Part shown: piece after piece, positions 1 to 4,882 of the stretch
Position numbering within the stretch: the first letter of the stretch is position 1
Layout of the letters: each line of letters begins with the position of its first letter
The notes under the pieces: model-generated
What the model saw: only the letters and a program-made list of their open reading frames with translations
Told to the model about the DNA's origin: nothing
Databases searched by the model: none
Translations under genes and position numbers: made by a program
Assembly: GCA_964440295.1 (NCBI GenBank)
Contig: CAYTRT010000029.1
Location: forward strand, 4,278-14,981
Source of the DNA: an uncultured Nitrososphaeria archaeon
Lineage (GTDB): Archaea > Thermoproteota > Nitrososphaeria_A > Caldarchaeales > Calditenuaceae
DNA length: 10,704 bases
Reading direction: 5' to 3'

Positions 1-806
1 ATTAGCAGTAGGACTATGATTCCGGCTGATGCTAGCTCCCTGAACTCGAGTTGTGGCCGACTTATCCAGTTATATAGCAGGAGGGGCATGACGGTGAATC
101 TATCGAGGGGCGACGCGGGGACCTCCCTTATAAAAAGTAAACCACTAATAACGAGGATGGGCGCGGCCTCACCCATCGCTCTGCTGGTGGCTAAGATGCT
201 TCCCGTCAGCATCATGGGTAGGGCTCTCGGAAGAACGATGGACTTGATTACTTCCCACCTCGTCGCTCCCAAGGCGTATCCACCGAACCTAAGGTCATCT
301 GGGACTGCCTTCAGGGCCTCAAGCGCTGAGACCGTAACGAGAGGCAGAGTAAGAAATGCTAGTACTATTGCGCCTACTAGGATGCTTCTTCCAAGTCCCA
401 GCACATATGATAAGAATCCGAGGCCCACCACGCCGAATATCACTGATGGTACTCCGGCCAGACTGTTCAGGTTGATCTGTAGGAAAGACCTAAGCTTCTC
501 CATTCCTGAATACTCGTTAAGATAGATCGCCGTCGCTATTCCCAAAGGGAAGGACATTAGGGTAGATAACCCTACTGTCCATAGCGTGCCGTAGATCGCC
601 GGAAGCATTCCTGCCTCTCGGGGATTTGATGAGGGGAAATTAGTCAACAGGCTCCAGCTGAGCCTGTGGCTGCCAGTAGCGACGATGTATAGAAGAAGCG
701 AGCCGATGAATACTATCGCTACGAATAGACCCAGCGAGTAGACTACCGGCATGTATCGATCAACTATGACCTTTCTCCTGCTAGTGGCTAATACCTGATT
801 GCCCAT
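1..806 (-). CDS. pstA: Phosphate ABC transporter permease PstA, N-terminal ~268 aa; the C-terminus lies beyond the left edge
   Basis: My minus-strand translation is open from ATG (revcomp of 804-806) to position 1, with an in-frame TAA just upstream of that ATG. It reads MGNQVLATSRRKVIVDRYMPVVYSLGLFVAIVFIGSLLLYIV...AIYLNEYSGMEKLRSFLQINLNSLAGVPSVIFG...GYALGATRWEVIKSIVLPRALPMMLTGSILATSRAMGEAAPILV, which is a typical PstA/MalFG-type EAA-loop permease. The start overlaps the pstC stop by 19 nt, and a GGGTG Shine-Dalgarno-like element (revcomp of 815-819) lies 8 nt upstream. The listed + ORF 16..525 is its antisense shadow. Confidence 0.85.
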   Translation of the reverse strand, partial: MGNQVLATSRRKVIVDRYMPVVYSLGLFVAIVFIGSLLLYIVATGSHRLSWSLLTNFPSSNPREAGMLPAIYGTLWTVGLSTLMSFPLGIATAIYLNEYSGMEKLRSFLQINLNSLAGVPSVIFGVVGLGFLSYVLGLGRSILVGAIVLAFLTLPLVTVSALEALKAVPDDLRFGGYALGATRWEVIKSIVLPRALPMMLTGSILATSRAMGEAAPILVISGLLFIREVPASPLDRFTVMPLLLYNWISRPQLEFRELASAGIIVLLL

Positions 807-1702
807 CTCTTAAGCACCCTTAACGCTATGAGATTAAGGGGATACGTCATTAACAGGAGCGTCAAGCCTACAGCAAACAGCGAACTGTACTCTATCGTTC
901 CATAGGGGGCGTCGCCTGTCGCGACTTGGGCTATAAACCCAGTCATCGTCTCCATTGATTCCTTGACGTTGTACGATAGTATCGGCCTGAATCCCGCGGC
1001 TATGGCAACGATCATCGTCTCACCCATGGCTCTACCAAAAGCGAGGATGATGGAGGCGAAGATTCCTGATAAGGCAGCAGGGAGGACGATCTTCAATACT
1101 ACCTCGAATTTCCTCGCACCGACGGCGTAGGCAGCCAGCCTCAAGTCCAGCGGCACGGATCGGATAGCGTCCTCGCTTATCGAGGCAACTATCGGAATTA
1201 TTAAGAAGCCAATCATCAACCCAGCTGCCAGAATATTATTTATCTGAATGTCTGGCAGGAGGAGCCGCAATAACTGGGGCGTGACAAAGTAAAGGGCGAA
1301 GTATCCATAAACCACTGTTGGGATGCCGGCCAGCAGCTCGACCATCGGCTTAAAAATATTCTTAACCCTAGTGCTTGCATATTCTCCGAGATAGATGGCG
1401 ATGGCCAGTCCGACGGGCACTGCCAGTCCGAGCGCTATGAGGGAGCTGAGAAGCGTGGCGTTCAGCAAGGGCAGTATCCCGAATTTCTTATCCTCGAAGA
1501 GGACTGTCCACTGAGTCCCAGTTAGATACTCAAGTATGTTTACCTCCGCGAAGAACTGTAATGACTCATTAAGTAATGTAACCAAAATTATTAATACTGC
1601 CACGGTCGAGGCGGAGGCAGCGATAAAAGTAATGTTCTGAACAATTGATGAGATCAACCTCCTCTTCTTCAGGATCTTTGAATTAGATATTAGAATACTC
1701 AT
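788..1702 (-). CDS. pstC: Phosphate ABC transporter permease PstC
   Basis: 304-aa polytopic membrane protein with an ATG start and TAG stop. It carries the ABC permease EAA region (DLRLAAYAVGARKFEVVLKIVLPAALSGIFASIILAFGRAMGETM). It sits between pstS and pstA in the canonical pstSCA order, 10 nt after the pstS stop. Confidence 0.9.
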   Translation of the reverse strand: MSILISNSKILKKRRLISSIVQNITFIAASASTVAVLIILVTLLNESLQFFAEVNILEYLTGTQWTVLFEDKKFGILPLLNATLLSSLIALGLAVPVGLAIAIYLGEYASTRVKNIFKPMVELLAGIPTVVYGYFALYFVTPQLLRLLLPDIQINNILAAGLMIGFLIIPIVASISEDAIRSVPLDLRLAAYAVGARKFEVVLKIVLPAALSGIFASIILAFGRAMGETMIVAIAAGFRPILSYNVKESMETMTGFIAQVATGDAPYGTIEYSSLFAVGLTLLLMTYPLNLIALRVLKRWAIRY

Positions 1703-1712
1703 ACCCCTGCCT

Positions 1713-2801
1713 TCACGAAGGCCCCAGGTCTTTCCCCTTTATGAGTGTTAATTCATAAAGTCCGTTCGTTATTCCACTCTTCAGGGCGGCAATTGCCAAT
1801 CGGTAATAATTGTCAGATAGCGGGACATAGTGGACAGTCTTGACGATGTTCGCTCCATTCTCAAGGTAGAAGTAGACGAACTCTCTTAACTCTGTTTTCT
1901 TCTCAAATTTCTCCCTGTTTACATAGATAAAGAGCGGTCTCGCTAGTGGATATGTAAATGTAGTTATTGTCTCTTCATCAGGCAAGATACATTCCGAACT
2001 TGGGACGGCGTCGTCTCTAATCTTCACGACTTTTAGCCTATCTTTATTATTCACGTAGTATGCATACCCAAAGTATCCGAGTGCGTATTTCTCGCTCTCC
2101 ACGCTGGCGACAAGGACGTTGTCATCCTCAGAAGCCACGTAGTCGGTCCTGCTCGACTTAAGCTTACCCACTACTCTCTCCGTGAAGTAATCAAAGGTTC
2201 CGGAGTCAGGTCCAGGTCCGTAGAGCCTTATGGGCTCCTTTGGCCACTCGGGCCTAACGTCGCTCCAGAACTTCACACTGCTGTCAGGTCTCCATATCTC
2301 CCTCAGCTCAGAAATCGTGAGACAATCAACAAAATCATTTTCAGGATTTACAACCACTGCCAATCCATCAATCGCTATGGGAATCTCTATCCATCCCACT
2401 CCATTTTTGGCAGCTGTCTCAGCCTCTGTTTTCAGGATTGGCCTGGATGCATCGTTGATGTCTGTCTCGCCTGAGACAAACCTTTTGAAGCCTCCTCCCG
2501 TTCCCGAGATCCCGACGGTGACTCTGACATTTGGATGCAGCTTCATAAATTCCTCAGCAACCGCCTCTGTTATTGGGTATACCGTGCTTGAGCCATCGAT
2601 CTCGACGCTGCCAGATAATTGTGCCGTGGACGTGCCTATCCCGATGGTCTCGGTAATGTAAAATGTAACAGTAGTGGCGACTGCCTGACCTGAGCTTGAA
2701 GAGGACATGAAAAACCCAGCAAAGCCACCAATAAACAGCATGGCTATGCATAGCAATACCGTGAATAAATTCAGGCTCAACCCACTGCCTAATTTGTCCA
2801 A
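1713..2801 (-). CDS. pstS: Phosphate-binding protein PstS, membrane-anchored substrate-binding component
   Basis: The 362-aa product has PstS family signatures: [38 protein letters not shown] and GYFGYAYY. Its N-terminus is a hydrophobic anchor ([22 protein letters not shown]) followed by a Ser-rich linker (SSSSSGQ), as is usual for archaeal binding proteins. The ORF begins at a TTG (2799-2801). The only in-frame ATGs lie inside or after the anchor, so TTG is plausible but unproven. Confidence 0.85.
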   Translation of the reverse strand: MDKLGSGLSLNLFTVLLCIAMLFIGGFAGFFMSSSSSGQAVATTVTFYITETIGIGTSTAQLSGSVEIDGSSTVYPITEAVAEEFMKLHPNVRVTVGISGTGGGFKRFVSGETDINDASRPILKTEAETAAKNGVGWIEIPIAIDGLAVVVNPENDFVDCLTISELREIWRPDSSVKFWSDVRPEWPKEPIRLYGPGPDSGTFDYFTERVVGKLKSSRTDYVASEDDNVLVASVESEKYALGYFGYAYYVNNKDRLKVVKIRDDAVPSSECILPDEETITTFTYPLARPLFIYVNREKFEKKTELREFVYFYLENGANIVKTVHYVPLSDNYYRLAIAALKSGITNGLYELTLIKGKDLGPS

Positions 2802-2830
2802 ACTACATCGGTAAAAAGAAATCTGCAGGA

Positions 2831-2840
2831 TAATATATAC
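2831..2840 (-). promoter_or_regulatory. Candidate TATA box for pstSCA
   Basis: The minus strand reads GTATATATTA. Its centre is about 34 nt upstream of the TTG at 2801, implying a very short leader. The region is AT-rich and holds other TATA-like strings, so the assignment is weak. Confidence 0.3.
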
Positions 2841-2928
2841 CTGGAGTAAAATGTATGTATAATTTCATATAGTCTATATAGAATCCATAACAAACTCCGA
2901 GACCAGAAACTGTTTTAAAATAATTTGC

Positions 2929-2938
2929 AAAATAAAAA
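2929..2938 (-). terminator. Oligo-T terminator downstream of the tRNA
   Basis: The minus strand reads GATTTTTATTTT about 25 nt after the tRNA 3' end. Archaeal RNA polymerase terminates at T-runs. Confidence 0.4.
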
Positions 2939-2963
2939 TCGTTCACACTATTCAGATTAATGT

Positions 2964-3037
2964 GCCGGCGGTGGGATTTGAACCCACAACGACGGGATTA
3001 TGAGCCCCGCGCTCTGCCAGGTTGAGCTACGCCGGCA
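2964..3037 (-). tRNA. tRNA with CAT anticodon: elongator tRNA-Met, or tRNA-Ile2 if C34 is agmatidinylated
   Basis: The hand-folded cloverleaf on the minus strand is GCCGGCG-TA-GCTC-AACCTGGCA-GAGC-G-CGGGG-CT CAT AA-TCCCG-TCGTT-GTGGG-TTCAAAT-CCCAC-CGCCGGC-A. It has a 7-bp acceptor, 4-bp D stem, 5-bp anticodon stem (one G.U pair), 5-nt variable loop, a T-loop reading TTCAAAT and discriminator A. It is 74 nt, has no intron and no encoded CCA. The G1:C72 pair argues against an archaeal initiator, which has A1:U72. Confidence 0.9.
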
Positions 3038-3061
3038 GCTCTGGCCAGTCCCACCTACCGG

Positions 3062-3069
3062 ACATAAAC
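3062..3069 (-). promoter_or_regulatory. Candidate TATA box for the tRNA gene
   Basis: The minus strand reads GTTTATGT. Its centre is about 28 nt upstream of tRNA position 1 (3037), matching the archaeal TATA-to-TSS spacing. Confidence 0.45.
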
Positions 3070-3112
3070 TAGACCCACTCAGGATTATTTATCCTTAACA
3101 CGTTAAAAGTTC

Positions 3113-3118
3113 AAAAAA
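3113..3118 (-). terminator. Oligo-T (T6) terminator candidate downstream of the USP-like gene
   Basis: The minus strand reads ATTATTTTTTGAACTTTT about 57 nt after the TAA stop at 3175-3177. Confidence 0.35.
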
Positions 3119-3174
3119 TAATAGATTCTAGCTTTTGTTTGGTAGATTTCTTGGGTCGAGGGTCGTCTCGTAAT

Positions 3175-3672
3175 TTATGGTATTATCGTCAACGGGCAGG
3201 GTAGGTTCTCTAGGTACTTCTTCTGGCTTCTGAATAATCCCTTTGTGGCCTTTCTGAGTTCCTCTACTCCGATGACGATCTTTGCTGGGCATATGTTGTT
3301 TGCAAGTGCGGCTATCCTCTTCATGGAGTTCTCCAGCTCGATCACTTTATCGTACTCTATGCCTTCCCTTCTAAGAGTCTCTTCAAACGGCATTAATAGT
3401 TGTTCCGCAAACATTGTCTTGTAGACATAGTTTGGATCAGCGTTTATCTTCTCAGTAAGCACATAGTTGTTGAACTCGAAGGGTGGCTTTACACCCTCGT
3501 CAACCACTGCAGCAAGTATTATCTTTCCATCTGCCTCCTTCGCCATCTGAACAGCCGCCTCAAAGACCTTCCTAGACTCCTCACTATCATTGATTACGAC
3601 TAATATCGCCTGCTTGGTCTTTTCTACCTGTTCTTCTACCTCTTTAGTGATTCCCAACACTGCCATTTTCAT
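3175..3672 (-). CDS. Universal stress protein (USP/adenine-nucleotide alpha-hydrolase fold)-like protein, divergent
   Basis: The strand-helix-strand pattern is typical of USPs: AILVVINDSEESRKVFEAAVQMAKEADGKIILAAVVDE, then SMKRIAALANNICPAKIVIG, with a C-terminal LPCPLTIIP resembling the USP CPVLVV ending. The canonical G-x2-G-x9-G(S/T) ATP motif is not evident. The track ORF starts at TTG 3693. I prefer ATG 3670-3672 (MKMAVLG) because the TATA box at 3699-3706 lies only about 10 nt from the TTG but about 30 nt from the ATG. GTG 3675 is also possible. Confidence 0.55.
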   Translation of the reverse strand: MKMAVLGITKEVEEQVEKTKQAILVVINDSEESRKVFEAAVQMAKEADGKIILAAVVDEGVKPPFEFNNYVLTEKINADPNYVYKTMFAEQLLMPFEETLRREGIEYDKVIELENSMKRIAALANNICPAKIVIGVEELRKATKGLFRSQKKYLENLPCPLTIIP

Positions 3673-3698
3673 CACCAGCTGTATGGTGAGCAACCTGA

Positions 3699-3706
3699 AT
3701 TATAAA
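3699..3706 (-). promoter_or_regulatory. Candidate TATA box for the USP-like gene
   Basis: The minus strand reads TTTATAAT. Its centre is about 27-31 nt upstream of GTG 3675 and ATG 3672, a leaderless arrangement. Confidence 0.45.
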
Positions 3707-3947
3707 CATGTTATAATAATTGTTAGTAATCAGCATTACACGTATATACGGCTATATTGAAAAAATACCCAAAAACTCAATTAAATAGACCAAGAAACAC
3801 CTAAAGGGCTAAGTTGCCCAATAAATCAGTTATAAAATAATAATACGGCCGTCATGATTGAGCACTAAAATTATTTTGACGTGAGAATTGCTTTGTATTT
3901 TCTATATGAACTTGATTACATTATCAGACCTTTTTGGGTTTATCTAT

Positions 3948-4781
3948 TCAGCTCTTAATAGATCTGTACTTGTAAATTATGGTCGGTAACGCTACTAATA
4001 AGTAAGATGCATGTAGAATAACTCTGAGCCACTCTGCCTTTACGGTATATCCAACCATGACTGCAAATATCGAGCCTATGGCTCCCTTATGATGGAGTGG
4101 ATCGCTTTGCTGAATTGGCAATGAATAAGCAATTTCCGACAGCCAGCCCAGCTCTATTCCTGACTCCTCCGCATATTCGACAAACTCATGTGCACCGTAT
4201 CCCGCGAGTCCTCCGGCTATAAGTATTAACAATACTGCAGTCATGTAAAAAAATCGGCTCATGCTTAGCCTCACTCCAATCGCGAATATTACATACGCCA
4301 GTACTAGCGCGGCTATTACCCCCATAATTACGCCTATGGACGAGGCCAGCGGAGTAATGATGAAAAAGGGCGTAAGGAATAGGACTGTCTCTAATGCTTC
4401 TCTAGAAACAGCTATGAACGCAAAGGCTCCGAGGCCGATTGCCTCTCCTTTGCTTATGTAGGCTGCGACCCTCCGTTCTATGTCCTGCTTCAAATAAGGC
4501 GCCTTCGTAGTCATCCAATAGATGACTGATGATAATACTGCGGTTGCAGTCCATGCTGATGCAAACTCAAATAGCAGCTGAGTAGATCTTGACAACGAGC
4601 CATATACCAGCCAGACAGATATGCCAGCAAACAGGCCCGACAACACGGCCAAGAATGATCCATACCATAAATACCACGCATAGATATGACCGCCCGCCTT
4701 CCTTAGGTATGAATATGCTATCGATATGATCAAGGCGGCCTCGAAAGCCTCGCGGAGAGCTATTAGAAACTCGCCTATCAT
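3948..4781 (-). CDS. FTR1/EfeU-family high-affinity iron (Fe2+/Pb2+) permease
   Basis: 277-aa polytopic membrane protein with an ATG start and TGA stop. It carries the two family-defining REXXE motifs in hydrophobic segments: ALREAFEAALII near the N-terminus and VSREALETVLFL mid-protein. Confidence 0.85.
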   Translation of the reverse strand: MIGEFLIALREAFEAALIISIAYSYLRKAGGHIYAWYLWYGSFLAVLSGLFAGISVWLVYGSLSRSTQLLFEFASAWTATAVLSSVIYWMTTKAPYLKQDIERRVAAYISKGEAIGLGAFAFIAVSREALETVLFLTPFFIITPLASSIGVIMGVIAALVLAYVIFAIGVRLSMSRFFYMTAVLLILIAGGLAGYGAHEFVEYAEESGIELGWLSEIAYSLPIQQSDPLHHKGAIGSIFAVMVGYTVKAEWLRVILHASYLLVALPTIIYKYRSIKS

Positions 4782-4794
4782 GCGTCATAATAAC

Positions 4795-4807
4795 ATAACG
4801 GCGTTAT
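4795..4807. promoter_or_regulatory. Perfect 6-1-6 palindrome ATAACG-G-CGTTAT between the TATA box and the FTR1 start; candidate operator
   Basis: Read directly: 4795-4800 ATAACG, 4801 G, 4802-4807 CGTTAT. It overlaps the promoter-proximal edge of the TATA box by 3 nt and lies 14 nt upstream of the ATG, a position typical for archaeal repressors that block TBP/TFB or RNA polymerase. Confidence 0.3.
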
Positions 4808-4812
4808 ATAAA
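4805..4812 (-). promoter_or_regulatory. TATA box for the FTR1 permease gene
   Basis: The minus strand reads AGAAA-TTTATATA, a consensus TATA preceded by a purine-rich BRE-like sequence. Its centre is 27-28 nt upstream of the ATG at 4781, the classic leaderless geometry. Confidence 0.55.
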
Positions 4813-4820
4813 TTTCTATT

Positions 4821-4829
4821 AAAAACAAA
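4821..4829 (-). terminator. Oligo-T terminator candidate after the ACD-GNAT gene
   Basis: The minus strand reads CTTTGTTTTT about 55 nt after the TAG stop at 4883-4885 and just upstream of the FTR1 promoter. Confidence 0.35.
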
Positions 4830-4882
4830 GGACGTAAGTCAATGCTAACTCCAATTATGGTTGCCTACCAGTTCCGAGCAGG

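Noticed and set aside
16-525. 169-aa plus-strand ORF at the left edge
   Set aside because: It lies entirely antisense to a clean PstA reading frame that is open across 1-806 on the minus strand. Its product is Ser/Arg/Pro/Thr-rich with no recognisable motif, so it is a shadow ORF.
2230-2751. ORFs 2230..2661 (+) and 2554..2751 (-) inside pstS
   Set aside because: They are antisense or out of frame relative to a well-supported PstS frame and have a low-complexity or odd composition (His/Arg/Trp-rich). They are shadow ORFs.
2964-3037. The tRNA as an initiator tRNA-Met, or as an attachment site of an integrated element
   Set aside because: G1:C72 and a G.U pair at 31:39 are inconsistent with archaeal initiators. 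No integrase, partial tRNA duplication or foreign gene block was found nearby in the window.
3846-3930. Possible C/D-box sRNA in the 254-nt AT-rich spacer between the FTR1 and USP-like genes (ATGATTGA and ...TCAGA strings)
   Set aside because: No proper RUGAUGA C box or CUGA D box with the required C/D'/C'/D spacing exists on either strand, and there is no terminal stem. The spacer is adequately explained as terminator plus promoter DNA.
3400-4788. Small ORFs 3400..3603 (+), 4261..4461 (+) and 4567..4788 (-)
   Set aside because: Each lies within, and antisense or out of frame to, the USP-like or FTR1 CDS. None has independent promoter geometry or a recognisable motif.
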